From positions 12,107 through 76,106 of the forward strand of contig DASZVH010000004.1 of the NCBI GenBank assembly GCA_035547315.1: a stretch of 64,000 nt of DNA, given 5' to 3'. Source of the DNA: Minisyncoccota bacterium (GTDB taxonomy: Bacteria > Patescibacteriota > Minisyncoccia > Phycocordibacterales > Phycocordibacteraceae). This document shows, piece by piece, positions 1-10,573 of the stretch. The notes under the pieces are model-generated. The model worked only from the letters and a program-made list of their open reading frames with translations. It had not been told where the DNA came from and ran no database searches. Both the position numbers and the translations under genes were made by a program. The stretch's first letter is position 1; each line of letters opens with the position of its first letter.

Positions 1-35
1 AGCAGCTGGCCGGAGGCGCTGGGGAACGCCGAAGC

Positions 36-710
36 GTGGCGGTGTTCGACATCGACGGGACGGTATTCCGCTCCTCGCTCCTCATAGAGCTCGTCGAGCA
101 TTTGATCGAGCGGGGCATCTTCCCGCCCGAGGCCCGGCAGGAATATGAAGAGGAGCGCCGCAAGTGGCTCGATAGGAAGGGAGATTACCCGGCCTACATC
201 GAGAAGGTCGTGCAAGTCTTCGCGAAGCAAGTGAAGGGCAAGCCCTATGAGGAAGTGGCGAACTTGGCGGGCGAGGTCATCGAGGAGAAGCGCGATAGGG
301 TATATCGCTACACCCGCGATCTGATCAAGAAGTTGAAGCGCGAGGGGTACTTTTTGCTCGCGATCTCGCACTCGCCCAAATTCATCGCGGACGGCTTCGC
401 CTACGAGCAAGGCTTCGACAAGACCTACGGCACCTTCTACACTTCGGGCGCCTCGGGCAACTTCACGGGGAAGATCGAGGACGAGGAGCTTATCTTCAAC
501 AAAGCGGCAGTGCTCACGCGCGCGGCGCGCAAAGAGGAGCTCTCGCTCGAGGAGGCGATCGCGGTGGGGGACACCGAGAGCGACATCCCGATGCTCGAGA
601 TGGTGGCGAGGCCTATCGCCTTCAACCCGAACGCCGCGCTCTATGCGCACGCCAAGAAGCGCGGCTGGGAGATCGTCGTCGAGCGCAAGGATGTTATATA
701 TAAATTCTAA
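36..710 (+). CDS. HAD-superfamily hydrolase, subfamily IB (phosphoserine phosphatase-like)
   Basis: FDIDGT motif I, GDTESD motif IV, 'FNPNAAL'. The frame is open to the window edge, so the true start may lie upstream. Confidence 0.85.
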   Translation: MAVFDIDGTVFRSSLLIELVEHLIERGIFPPEARQEYEEERRKWLDRKGDYPAYIEKVVQVFAKQVKGKPYEEVANLAGEVIEEKRDRVYRYTRDLIKKLKREGYFLLAISHSPKFIADGFAYEQGFDKTYGTFYTSGASGNFTGKIEDEELIFNKAAVLTRAARKEELSLEEAIAVGDTESDIPMLEMVARPIAFNPNAALYAHAKKRGWEIVVERKDVIYKF

Positions 711-711
711 T

Positions 712-1134
712 ATGGAGCCTCGACATCTTGCGAGTGCCGCTAAGATATTAGAAGAAATTCATTACCTTACGATCGCGACCGTGTGTGAAGACGGGCAGCC
801 ATGGAACTCTCCGGTCTCGGCTACCTCGACGGATGATTTAGTTTTCGAATGGGGTTCAAGTCCAGAAAATGTTCACTCGCGTAACATTCGCCGAGATGGC
901 CGCGCTTTTGCGGTAGTTTACGACTCAAAGGCTCCGGAAGGTACGGGTGAAGGAATATATATGCGCGGCCAAGCGGAAGAGATTGGTGCAGAAAATCACG
1001 CGGTCAATAAGTACCGATTTACTCCCGAAGAGGTTTGGATTAATGATGAGGCGAAACGGGGAAATGGTAGCTATAAGCACGATATCCGGGTCGCGCTTGA
1101 TTTGGAGGCTCTCAGGAAAGCCCTGCGGGCATGA
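712..1134 (+). CDS. Pyridoxamine 5'-phosphate oxidase-like FMN-binding protein
   Basis: 'YLTIATVCEDGQPWNSPV', 'HSRNI', 'GIYMRGQA' are typical of the PNPOx-like split barrel. ATG at 712 follows the upstream stop. Confidence 0.75.
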   Translation: MEPRHLASAAKILEEIHYLTIATVCEDGQPWNSPVSATSTDDLVFEWGSSPENVHSRNIRRDGRAFAVVYDSKAPEGTGEGIYMRGQAEEIGAENHAVNKYRFTPEEVWINDEAKRGNGSYKHDIRVALDLEALRKALRA

Positions 1135-2015
1135 CTCAGTCAGAGTTCAAACGAGTCGTTTGGAGATATTACAAAAACTACGGCCGGCATGAGTTGCCGT
1201 GGCGGAAGACGAAGGACCCGTACAAGATTTTGGTGAGCGAGGTGATGCTGCAGCAGACGCAGGTAGAACGGGTAATCCCATTCTACGCCGAGTTTACGAG
1301 GCGTTTCCCGACGGCACGCAAACTCGCAGCAGCACCCTTGGGCGAGGTGCTCGCCACTTGGCAGGGCCTGGGCTACAACAGGAGAGCGAAGATGCTCCGG
1401 CAGGCGGCCAAAGAAATCGTGGAGAAGCACGGCGGCAGATTCCCGAGGTCGGCAGCGGAGCTTGAAGAGTTGCCCGGGATCGGGCACTACACGGCAAACG
1501 CGGTAGCGGCTTTTGCCTTCAATAAAGACGCGGTATTTGTCGAGACCAATATCCGCACGGCGATCTTGCACGGCTTTTTCTCGACCCGCACCTCGACCGG
1601 GCCCCCGACTCGGGGCGCTCCGGCCGCTAGGCCAATTCTACCCCTCGCTGGTGGCCCGGCCTCGATGCGGGTCTCCGATCGCGAGATTCTGCAGGTGCTC
1701 AAAAGGATGCTACCGAGAGGGAAGAGCCGGCAGTGGAACCTCGCGCTCATGGACTATGGCGCGCACCTCAAAAAAAGCGGCGTGAAGCTGAACGCCAAGA
1801 GCAAGCACTACGCGAAGCAATCAAAGTTCGCGGGCTCCAATCGGCAAGCGCGCGGGGCGATACTGAAAGAGCTCGCACGCGGCTCGGCTGCCGAGCCGCG
1901 CGTGCTCGGACTCTTGGGCGACAATCGCCGCGCGCAGCTCGCGAGCGCGCTCACGGCGCTCCAAAAAGAGGGCCTCATACAAAAACGCGGCAAGGTTTTC
2001 ACCTTGCCGCGTTGA
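1131..2015 (+). CDS. mutY: A/G-specific adenine glycosylase (short MutY, HhH-GPD), no Fe-S cysteines, with in-frame insertion
   Basis: 'LPWR..DPYKILVSEVMLQQTQV', 'WQGLGYNRRA', HhH 'LPGIGHYTA'. Confidence 0.9.
   Translation: MTQSEFKRVVWRYYKNYGRHELPWRKTKDPYKILVSEVMLQQTQVERVIPFYAEFTRRFPTARKLAAAPLGEVLATWQGLGYNRRAKMLRQAAKEIVEKHGGRFPRSAAELEELPGIGHYTANAVAAFAFNKDAVFVETNIRTAILHGFFSTRTSTGPPTRGAPAARPILPLAGGPASMRVSDREILQVLKRMLPRGKSRQWNLALMDYGAHLKKSGVKLNAKSKHYAKQSKFAGSNRQARGAILKELARGSAAEPRVLGLLGDNRRAQLASALTALQKEGLIQKRGKVFTLPR
1583..1673. repeat. Palindromic element inserted in frame within mutY
   Basis: GACCCGCA..TGCGGGTC and CCGGGCC..GGCCCGG inverted arms, with internal hairpins CCCCG-ACT-CGGGG and GGCC-GCTA-GGCC. 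Confidence 0.6.
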
Positions 2016-2027
2016 ACCCGAGAGAGC

Positions 2028-2354
2028 TTAAACGAATTTCAGGAAGCCCGCATGAAGGGATGCGTCCCAAAACATAAATACACGGCGTGGGCTGTGGTCC
2101 CACATATCCTGGAAACTCCTTTCTCTGTCCGGCTTAATTTTTGAGGCGAGGCCTTCGATGTTCCATTGGTCGCGACCTTTTTCTTTGGACTGCACGCTGG
2201 TAACTCCCACGTCCCATTCAGACCGGTCATCGTCCGCAAGCTCGATATGTATCGGTGGGCAATTCTTCTCGCGTCGCCCAAACAAAGCGCAGGCCAGAGT
2301 TACCAGATCGGGACCTTTTATCACTACATAGTGAACGTTATCTCGGGCGGCCAT
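2028..2354 (-). CDS. Hypothetical protein (lower-GC orphan)
   Basis: ORF fills the gap between mutY and the rnj terminator. A TAGGAT -10-like box lies upstream on the minus strand. Confidence 0.5.
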   Translation of the reverse strand: MAARDNVHYVVIKGPDLVTLACALFGRREKNCPPIHIELADDDRSEWDVGVTSVQSKEKGRDQWNIEGLASKIKPDRERSFQDMWDHSPRRVFMFWDASLHAGFLKFV

Positions 2355-2422
2355 TTCCACCTACTTTGTTGAGACCTTTGTTTAGGGACAAAGACCAAGA
2401 AACCCGGCGACCATCCTAACAC

Positions 2423-2455
2423 AAAACCGCCGCGGCCGGAGGCCGCGGCGGTTTT
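2423..2455. terminator. Intrinsic terminator downstream of rnj (bidirectional shape)
   Basis: AAAACCGCCGCGGCC-GGA-GGCCGCGGCGGTTTT perfect stem with A/T tails. Confidence 0.8.
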
Positions 2456-2469
2456 ATTGCTTTCTCGGA

Positions 2470-4401
2470 TTACATCCCGATGAGGACGGGGATGACCATC
2501 GGCGCCTTGTTGGTCCGCTGGAAGAGAAAGCCCGCCATCGTGTCGGAGAGGTTGTCCTTCACGTAGTCGAGGTCGATCGGGTTCATGTTCCGGGTCGAGT
2601 CCTCGATGCTTTTCTTGATGAGAACGCGCGCCTCGTTGAGGAGATTCTGGCTCTCGCGCAGGTAGACGAAGCCGCGCGAGATGATGTCCGGCGACTTGCG
2701 CAGCTTGCCCGTCTTCATGTTGACGTTCGCGATGATGACGAACATGCCGTCCTTGGCGAGCGCCTGGCGGTCGCGCATCACGACCTCCTGGAGGTCGCCG
2801 ATCGAGAAGCCGTCCACCACCAGGGGCGCCGCGGGCACCTTCTGCTTGTGGACCTCGAGCCGCTCGCCGTCCACGATATCGATGACGCTGCCATTGTCGC
2901 CGAGCACGATCGACTCGCGCGGCCGGCCCGCCTGCTCGACCGCCTTGGCGTGCGAGTAGGTCATCGAGTAGTAGCCGTACCCGGGCATGAAGAACTTGCT
3001 ATTGATCTGCTTGTTCATCCAGACCAGCTCGCCCGTATTGCCGTGGCCGGTCGAGTGGACGTCCGAGGAGCGGTAGTGGATGACCGCCACCTTGTTGCGA
3101 TAGAGATTGTCCTTGAGCTTCTGCACCGAGATCTCGTTGCCGGGGATGACCGAAGAGGAGAGGACGATGGTGTCGCGCTCGGTGAACTGGATGTATTTGT
3201 GCTGCTTGGTCGCGATGCGCATCAAAGCGGCGAACTCCTCGCCCTGCGCGCCGGTCGCGAGCACGAGGATCTTCTCGGGCGGGTAGTTGCCGATCTCCTG
3301 CGTCGGGATGAAGACGCCCTTCTCGACCTCGAGGAGGCCCGCCTTCTGCGCGATCTCGATGTTGGTCTTGATAGAGCGGCCCTCGGTGACCACTTTCTTG
3401 CCGTATTTCTCCGCGGCTTTGATGATGGCGACCATGCGCTCGAATTGGGAAGCGAACGTACCGATGATGAGGCGGCCCTTGACCGTCTTGATGATCTCTT
3501 CCAAGGTCTCCTGCACCCGCTTCTCCGGCATGGAGAAGCCGTCGCGCTCGGCGTTGGTCGAGTCGGCGACGAAGAAGAGGTTCTTGTCCGCGCCGAGGGC
3601 GCCCCACGTCGCCACTTCCCGCGGAGTGGGCACGCCGTCCTCGTGCTCGAGCTTGAGATCGCCCGAGATGACGACATTGCCGTAGGCCGTCTCAAGCGAG
3701 ATGCCCATCGAGTCGGGGATCGAGTGCGTGACCTGGAAAAACTTGACCTTGGTGTTGCCGATCGTCATGCGCTGGCCGATCTCGACGACGTTGAGGATCG
3801 GCTTGGGGATGTCGGGATATTCCTCCTGGCGCTTGGCGATCATGATCGCGCTCGTCTTCATCGTGTAGATGGGCGGATTGCCGATGCGCGGAAGGATGAA
3901 GGGCAGGCCGCCGATATGGTCGAGGTGGCCGTGCGTGATGAAGATGCCCTTGATGCGTTCCTTGTTGTGCTCCAAGTATTTGGAATTGGGGAGCGTATAG
4001 TCGGCGCCCGGCGCGTCGCCCTCCTCCTTGAAGTGGAAGCCGACGTCGGAGACGAAGATGTCGCCGTTGAGGTCGACCGCGAGCATGTTGCGGCCGACCT
4101 CCTCGACGCCGCCCAAGGGGACGATGCGCACGACGTTTTCGGCGGGCGCCGCGGGGTAGTACTCGGCTTGCTGCTGCTTGCGCGGGTTGGCGCCGGGGCG
4201 GCGCAGGATGCGCTGGATCTTGCGGGTCGCGGCGCCCGGGCGGCGCCCGCCCCGGCCGCGCCCGCCACGGCGCTCGCGCTCGGGCCGCGAGCGGTCGCGA
4301 CCGCCGGAGCCGGGGCCGAAGGGCCGCGGGCCGGGCGTGCGCGAGGGCGCCGCCGAGGGGCGCGGCGCGGGAGCGGGTGCTGGAGCGGGTGCGGGAGTCA
4401 T
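2470..4401 (-). CDS. rnj: Ribonuclease J
   Basis: 'PLGGVEEVGRNM', THGHLDHIGG metallo-beta-lactamase motif, 'HSIPD', 'VHSTGHG', 'PDIISRGFVY'. Confidence 0.95.
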   Translation of the reverse strand: MTPAPAPAPAPAPRPSAAPSRTPGPRPFGPGSGGRDRSRPERERRGGRGRGGRRPGAATRKIQRILRRPGANPRKQQQAEYYPAAPAENVVRIVPLGGVEEVGRNMLAVDLNGDIFVSDVGFHFKEEGDAPGADYTLPNSKYLEHNKERIKGIFITHGHLDHIGGLPFILPRIGNPPIYTMKTSAIMIAKRQEEYPDIPKPILNVVEIGQRMTIGNTKVKFFQVTHSIPDSMGISLETAYGNVVISGDLKLEHEDGVPTPREVATWGALGADKNLFFVADSTNAERDGFSMPEKRVQETLEEIIKTVKGRLIIGTFASQFERMVAIIKAAEKYGKKVVTEGRSIKTNIEIAQKAGLLEVEKGVFIPTQEIGNYPPEKILVLATGAQGEEFAALMRIATKQHKYIQFTERDTIVLSSSVIPGNEISVQKLKDNLYRNKVAVIHYRSSDVHSTGHGNTGELVWMNKQINSKFFMPGYGYYSMTYSHAKAVEQAGRPRESIVLGDNGSVIDIVDGERLEVHKQKVPAAPLVVDGFSIGDLQEVVMRDRQALAKDGMFVIIANVNMKTGKLRKSPDIISRGFVYLRESQNLLNEARVLIKKSIEDSTRNMNPIDLDYVKDNLSDTMAGFLFQRTNKAPMVIPVLIGM

Positions 4402-4405
4402 AAAC

Positions 4406-4447
4406 AGTCGTAAGTTAGAAGTTGTAAGTTATGAGTCGTTAGTTCAT
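4406..4447. repeat. Degenerate heptamer tandem tract (AGTYRNN x6)
   Basis: agtcgta agttaga agttgta agttatg agtcgtt agttcat. Confidence 0.7.
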
Positions 4448-6183
4448 TTGGAAGATGTCGCCAGAAACGGCCAAACGGCTTCCGTACGTAAATACCAATC
4501 GGCGGCGGAGGCGAAGCGGTCCGCGGGCACCGAGATCTGCGGCAGCGCGACCCCCTCGAGGCGCGCGGGCACCGCGTAGAGGAACTCGGGCGCGTAGACG
4601 AAGGCGGCGGGGTAGGCGGCGGCGATGCGGCTCTCGATCTGCGCCAGGTCGTCGAGCCGCTGCTGCGCGTCGTCGTTGCTGCGAGCGTCTTCGAGCAGGG
4701 CGTCGGTGGTCGAGTCGGCGTAGTCGGCGATGTTGAGGCCCGGGTCGCTCTTCTGCGTCGAGTCCCAGAAGGGGTAGAGGTCGTCGCCGCTGCCGATCAC
4801 CATGCCGAAGAGGAGCGCGTCATATTTGCGGGGCTTGATGACGTTCTGGGTGAGGTCGCCCGGCTCGTAGAGCTCGACGTCGGTCGCGATGCCGAGCTTC
4901 TCCCACTCGCTCTCCACCGCGACCGCGACGCTCTTCAGCTCCGGGACGTTCGAGGTCTTGATCGCGAGCGCGCCGAGCGTGAGCTTGGCCGCGGCGTTCA
5001 CCCACTCGCGCCGATCGCCGTCGTAGCTCCAGCCCGCCCGCGCGAGCACCTGCGCCGCCGCGGCTATCGGGTCCGCCGTTTGCGGCACCGGCGTCTCCGC
5101 GATGCCGGAGCCCGGCGGGACGGGGCCCATGATGGCGGTCGCGTAGCCTCCGAGCGAGTCCGCGACGATCGCCGAGCGGTCGAGCGCGAGCGAGAGCGCC
5201 TCGCGCACTTCCGGCCGCGCGAGCACGGCGTTGTCGCCGGGATTGAAGAAGACGCCGAAGACGCGCGAGTAGGGGGCGGTGAGGGTCTTCCCGCCCGCGT
5301 CGGCGGCCGGGATGCCGTACGCGCTCTCGACGGCGCCCGCGGCGAGCGCTCGCGCGAGGTCCTCTTGCTGGTCGTAGAAGACGAAGCGGATCGAGTCGAG
5401 ATACGGGCGGCCGAGGACGTAGTCCGGATTCGCCACCAGCGTATAGCTCTGGATCAGCCCCGAGGCGTTGCGCACCACCCGGCCGACCTTGAAGGGCCCC
5501 GCCGCGACCGGCTGTATCGCCAGGTTGGAGAAGGGGAATTGCGCGTCCGAGACGCCCTGCCAGAGGCGCGCCGGCAGGATGCCGAGCGTCGTGTCCTCGA
5601 GGAAGGGCGCGTAGGGCTTGGCGAGCGTGAAGGAGACCGTATGCGCGTCGAGTGCGGCCGCCGCCACGCCCGACCAATCCGCGTACTCGGGAGACTTCAG
5701 CGCCGGATCCTGCGCCTTCTCCACCGTAAAGACGACGTCCTGCGCAGTCACCGGCGTCCCGTCGGAGAAGGTCGCGTCCGGCCGCAAGGTGAAGGTGTAG
5801 GTCTTGCCGTCGGGCGAGACCGTGTAGCTTGAGGCGAGGACCGGCACGAGGTCGCCGGATCCATTGCGGCCCATGAGGCCCGCGTAGGTGAGCGCGGCGA
5901 GGTCGCGGTCGGCGTCGGAGACCGCCAACAGCGGGTTGACGAACTGCGGCGAGCCGAGCTCGCCCTCAGTGAGCGTTCCGCCCTCGGCGGGAACGCGCAC
6001 CAGGAGCCGCGCCTCGAGGGCGTGGAAGGCGAGAATGGCCGCCGCGGCGACCAGGGCGAGCAGGCAGTAGCCGACGAGCTTATCGCCCGGCGGCAGGGCT
6101 TTCAAAGAACGCTCGAAACGCTCGAAGACGGCGACCGCGCGGGAGCGCGTCAGCTTCTCCCACAGCGACGCCGGGTCCGTCAC
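4444..6183 (-). CDS. ABC transporter substrate-binding protein, family 5 (peptide/nickel)
   Basis: N-terminal TM, 'LASSYTVSPDGKTYTFTLRPDATFSDGTPVTAQDVVFT', 'VREALSLALDR'. GTG start at 6183 overlapping the secG stop is inferred. Confidence 0.85.
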   Translation of the reverse strand: MTDPASLWEKLTRSRAVAVFERFERSLKALPPGDKLVGYCLLALVAAAAILAFHALEARLLVRVPAEGGTLTEGELGSPQFVNPLLAVSDADRDLAALTYAGLMGRNGSGDLVPVLASSYTVSPDGKTYTFTLRPDATFSDGTPVTAQDVVFTVEKAQDPALKSPEYADWSGVAAAALDAHTVSFTLAKPYAPFLEDTTLGILPARLWQGVSDAQFPFSNLAIQPVAAGPFKVGRVVRNASGLIQSYTLVANPDYVLGRPYLDSIRFVFYDQQEDLARALAAGAVESAYGIPAADAGGKTLTAPYSRVFGVFFNPGDNAVLARPEVREALSLALDRSAIVADSLGGYATAIMGPVPPGSGIAETPVPQTADPIAAAAQVLARAGWSYDGDRREWVNAAAKLTLGALAIKTSNVPELKSVAVAVESEWEKLGIATDVELYEPGDLTQNVIKPRKYDALLFGMVIGSGDDLYPFWDSTQKSDPGLNIADYADSTTDALLEDARSNDDAQQRLDDLAQIESRIAAAYPAAFVYAPEFLYAVPARLEGVALPQISVPADRFASAADWYLRTEAVWPFLATSSK

Positions 6184-6419
6184 GATCCTAAAAGAAGGAA
6201 GTTCGCGATAGCGGCAAGGACGAGAAGTAGGGCGACGGCTATGGTCGCGTTGAACAGGAACTTCTCCGCGCCGCGGCGCTTGTAGAAGGTAGAGGCGAAG
6301 TTGTCTCCCCCGAACGCTCCCCCGAGAGTCGCGCCGCGCTGCTGGAGCACGACACCGAGGATGAGCAGGAAGGAGAAGACGATCTCCGCGTACGGCAATG
6401 CCGATACGAGTGCTTCCAT
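6180..6419 (-). CDS. secG: Preprotein translocase subunit SecG
   Basis: Two TMs, 'VVLQQRGATLGGAFGG', 'KRRGAEKFLFNAT'. Confidence 0.9.
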   Translation of the reverse strand: MEALVSALPYAEIVFSFLLILGVVLQQRGATLGGAFGGDNFASTFYKRRGAEKFLFNATIAVALLLVLAAIANFLLLGS

Positions 6420-6611
6420 CTTTAGTCCCGAGCTTACCACGGCGGTGGTCGGCGATGCAAGATGCTAAGTTCAAAGAGCCATTTGAGAAAAGCCGCCAGA
6501 GATTTGTTCTGGCGGCCTTCCCAACATTCTCCCTCGTACGAGCGCGAGGGCGAAGCCAACTGTCCCTCCAGCATACTCCCGCTGCATGAATAGTCAATGA
6601 GCGCCGTGCAT

Positions 6612-6653
6612 AAAGAAAACCGGCGCGGCAGGGGTTGGCCTGCGCGCGCCGGT
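6612..6653 (-). terminator. Intrinsic terminator for the minus-strand orphan gene
   Basis: ACCGGCGCG-GCAGG..CCTGC-GCGCGCCGGT stem followed by a T-rich run on the minus strand. Confidence 0.55.
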
Positions 6654-6658
6654 GGGGG

Positions 6659-6934
6659 TCATTTCTCGATGATTCCGAGTTCTCGCGCTCGATCGACGAT
6701 CAAGGCAAGTTGCGGCATGAATTGCCAGATCAGTCCGGCGGCATCTTCAATGTCCGTTGTTATGTACGCGAGGTCCCCCTCAGTTTTGGCTAATGCCAAG
6801 GCTTTTTTGAGAGCGACGATGTCGTCCTCTTCATTATCGGACGACATCCAAGGCAAGAAAGCTTTTCTGACTTTGCTCGACGCATCTTTGTGATAGGGAT
6901 TCATTCCCAATCTCCATATGGAACCCAAACGCAC
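6659..6934 (-). CDS. Hypothetical protein (lower-GC orphan; start uncertain)
   Basis: Helical-looking ORF with its own downstream terminator. Confidence 0.45.
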   Translation of the reverse strand: MRLGSIWRLGMNPYHKDASSKVRKAFLPWMSSDNEEDDIVALKKALALAKTEGDLAYITTDIEDAAGLIWQFMPQLALIVDRARELGIIEK

Positions 6935-7000
6935 AATATCTTACATAGGCTCTAGTGTCAAGTTGTCGGCGGCTTCATGATTCCGTATAGTGGCGGCACT

Positions 7001-7321
7001 ATGGCAAAAGAAAATAATAATAAGAAGCTTTCGATCAGGCCGCTCGGCGACCGGGTCGTCGTGAAGCCGGATGAAAAAGAGGGAGAGAAGAAGCTCGCCT
7101 CGGGCATCATCATCCCCGAGACCGCGGATAAGGAGAAACCGATGACGGGGAAGGTGGTCGCGGTGGGCCCCGGCCGCTATGAGGACGGGAAATTGGTCCC
7201 GATGGGGGTGAAGACGGGCGACGAAGTGCTCTTCGGGAAGTACTCGCACGAAGCGGTGAAGGTCGGCGGCGAGGAGTACTACCTCATCTCAGAGAACAAC
7301 ATTTTGGCGATTATCAACTGA
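7001..7321 (+). CDS. groES: Co-chaperonin GroES
   Basis: '[10 protein letters not shown]', '[22 protein letters not shown]'. Confidence 0.97.
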   Translation: MAKENNNKKLSIRPLGDRVVVKPDEKEGEKKLASGIIIPETADKEKPMTGKVVAVGPGRYEDGKLVPMGVKTGDEVLFGKYSHEAVKVGGEEYYLISENNILAIIN

Positions 7322-7335
7322 AACCTGATCCCTAA

Positions 7336-8991
<1,656 letters not shown>

Positions 8992-9004
8992 GATACATAC
9001 CGCA

Positions 9005-9039
9005 ATAGCAGCGCGGCCCCCCGGGGGCCGCGCTGCTAT
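9005..9039. terminator. Perfect GC hairpin after groEL
   Basis: ATAGCAGCGCGGCCCC-CCG-GGGGCCGCGCTGCTAT. It has no U-tract and overlaps the -10 box of the next gene. Confidence 0.6.
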
Positions 9040-9048
9040 ACTGCCCGC

Positions 9049-9210
9049 ATGAGCACCAAGGGCGCGGTGTGGGCGGGCCTTTTCATCGGCTCGACCGCCG
9101 GCGGCCTCCTCCCCTCGCTCTGGGGCGGAGGCGCCTTCGCCTCCATGCTCTGGTCGACGCTCGGCGCCGTCGCCGGCATCTGGGCGGGCTTCAAGCTCGC
9201 GCAAGGATAG
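9049..9210 (+). CDS. Small two-TM membrane protein (53 aa, below the ORF-track cutoff)
   Basis: MSTKGAVWAGLFIGSTAGGLLPSLWGGGAFASMLWSTLGAVAGIWAGFKLAQG. TATACT lies 6 nt before the ATG. Confidence 0.7.
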   Translation: MSTKGAVWAGLFIGSTAGGLLPSLWGGGAFASMLWSTLGAVAGIWAGFKLAQG

Positions 9211-9230
9211 CGGTTTGCTAAGATTGCCGG

Positions 9231-9788
9231 ATGCAACCCGCCGCCATCGTCGGCCTCGCCTGGCTCGTGTTCATCGCGGTGTGGTTCGTCTCGGCGCTCT
9301 CCGCCAAGCGCACGCTCGTGCGCCACACGGTCGGCTGGTGGATCCGCATCGTCGTCATCGTCGCCGCGGTCGTGCTCGCATCGAATCTTGGCAGAGATTG
9401 GATGCGGCTCCTCTTCATCCCCTGGGCGAGCGCGCCCCTCGCCTGGCTCGGGGCGGCGCTCGCGGTCGCGGGCGTCGCGCTCGCGATCTGGGCGCGTGTC
9501 TACCTGGGGCGCAACTGGGGTATGCCGCAAGCGGTCAAAGAGGATCCGGAGCTGGTTACTACCGGGCCCTACGCGTTGGTCCGCCACCCCATCTACACGG
9601 GTATGCTCCTCGCGATGACGGGCTCGGCGCTCTCGGCCGGCCTCTGGTGGGCGATCGTGCTCGTCGGGGCGGGCTCCTACTTCATCCTGAGCGCACACAA
9701 AGAGGAGGCGCTTATGCTCGCGACCTTTCCCGACGCCTACCGCGCCTACCGCGCCCGCACCAAGATGCTCGTACCGTTTATTTTCTGA
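9231..9788 (+). CDS. Isoprenylcysteine carboxylmethyltransferase (ICMT/Ste14)-family membrane protein
   Basis: 'LGRNW', 'LVTTGPYALVRHPIYTG', 'EEALM..F...Y..Y..RT..LVP'. Confidence 0.88.
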   Translation: MQPAAIVGLAWLVFIAVWFVSALSAKRTLVRHTVGWWIRIVVIVAAVVLASNLGRDWMRLLFIPWASAPLAWLGAALAVAGVALAIWARVYLGRNWGMPQAVKEDPELVTTGPYALVRHPIYTGMLLAMTGSALSAGLWWAIVLVGAGSYFILSAHKEEALMLATFPDAYRAYRARTKMLVPFIF

Positions 9789-9794
9789 TCGGAG

Positions 9795-9885
9795 CGGAAG
9801 GGGAGGGATTCGAACCCTCGATACGGCTATTACCCCGTATAGCGGATTAGCAATCCGCCGCTTTCAGCCACTCAGCCACCCTTCC
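9795..9885 (-). tRNA. tRNA-Ser(GCT)
   Basis: Minus strand GGAAGGG..CCCTTCCG, anticodon arm GCGGA-TTGCTAA-TCCGC, long variable arm, GGTTCGAATCC. Confidence 0.95.
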
Positions 9886-9907
9886 AATGTGAAGCACCTT
9901 AGCAGAT

Positions 9908-10522
9908 TTAATGGGCGAGCGCGATGGCGAGGATGCGCGCGGCGCCGGCGGCACGGAGCGCCGAGGTGGCGGCGCGGAGGGTGGCGCCGGTGGTGAGGAC
10001 GTCGTCTACTACTATATATAAGAGGGCGGGATCGGGCGCGGCGTTTTCCGCACAGCGAAAGGCGCCGCGCATGTTCTGCTTGCGCCTCCAGCGGGGGAGC
10101 GAGACCTGCGAGCGCGTCTCGCGGGTGCGCGCGAGGAGCGCCGTCTCAAGCGGGATGGTAAGCGCCTGGCCAGCCCGTCGCGCCACTTCCTCCGCCTGGT
10201 TGTAGCCGCGCTCCCTGCGCCGCGCTTTCCCGAGCGGCAGGGGCAGGAGCCGCGCTCTCTTGAGCGGCTCGTCGCGCAGGTATTCGGCGAGCGCCTCGGC
10301 GAGGAGCGAGAAGGCGCGTTCGCTCCCGCGATACTTCGCCTCGTGGATGGCGGCGCGCACGCGCGAGTCCGCGTAGCGCATCAAGACGACCGCGCTCTCG
10401 CCCCCGCCGAGCGGCGCGAGCTCCGGCTCGAGCAGGGGGAGCAGCCCTTCCGCGGGGAGTCCGCGCAGCGCGCGTTCGTCGTCGCGCGCGGGGAAGAGGA
10501 GATCGAGGAGGCGCGCGAGCAT
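9908..10522 (-). CDS. comF: ComF/ComFC family phosphoribosyltransferase-like competence protein
   Basis: 'RERGYNQA', 'R..NMRGAF', 'VVDDVLTTGATL', 'ALAH'. Divergent from pilM. Confidence 0.88.
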   Translation of the reverse strand: MLARLLDLLFPARDDERALRGLPAEGLLPLLEPELAPLGGGESAVVLMRYADSRVRAAIHEAKYRGSERAFSLLAEALAEYLRDEPLKRARLLPLPLGKARRRERGYNQAEEVARRAGQALTIPLETALLARTRETRSQVSLPRWRRKQNMRGAFRCAENAAPDPALLYIVVDDVLTTGATLRAATSALRAAGAARILAIALAH

Positions 10523-10573
10523 GTCTCGATATTCTAGCGCTCCGGCTGACCGCCTGCTGCTATACTCTATTTC

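Noticed and set aside
4444-6597. 717-aa version of the substrate-binding protein
   Set aside because: The N-terminal extension overlaps secG in another frame; the start near 6183 is more plausible.
6940-7000. CIRCE element upstream of groES
   Set aside because: TTAGCACTC-N9-GAGTGCTAA is not present.
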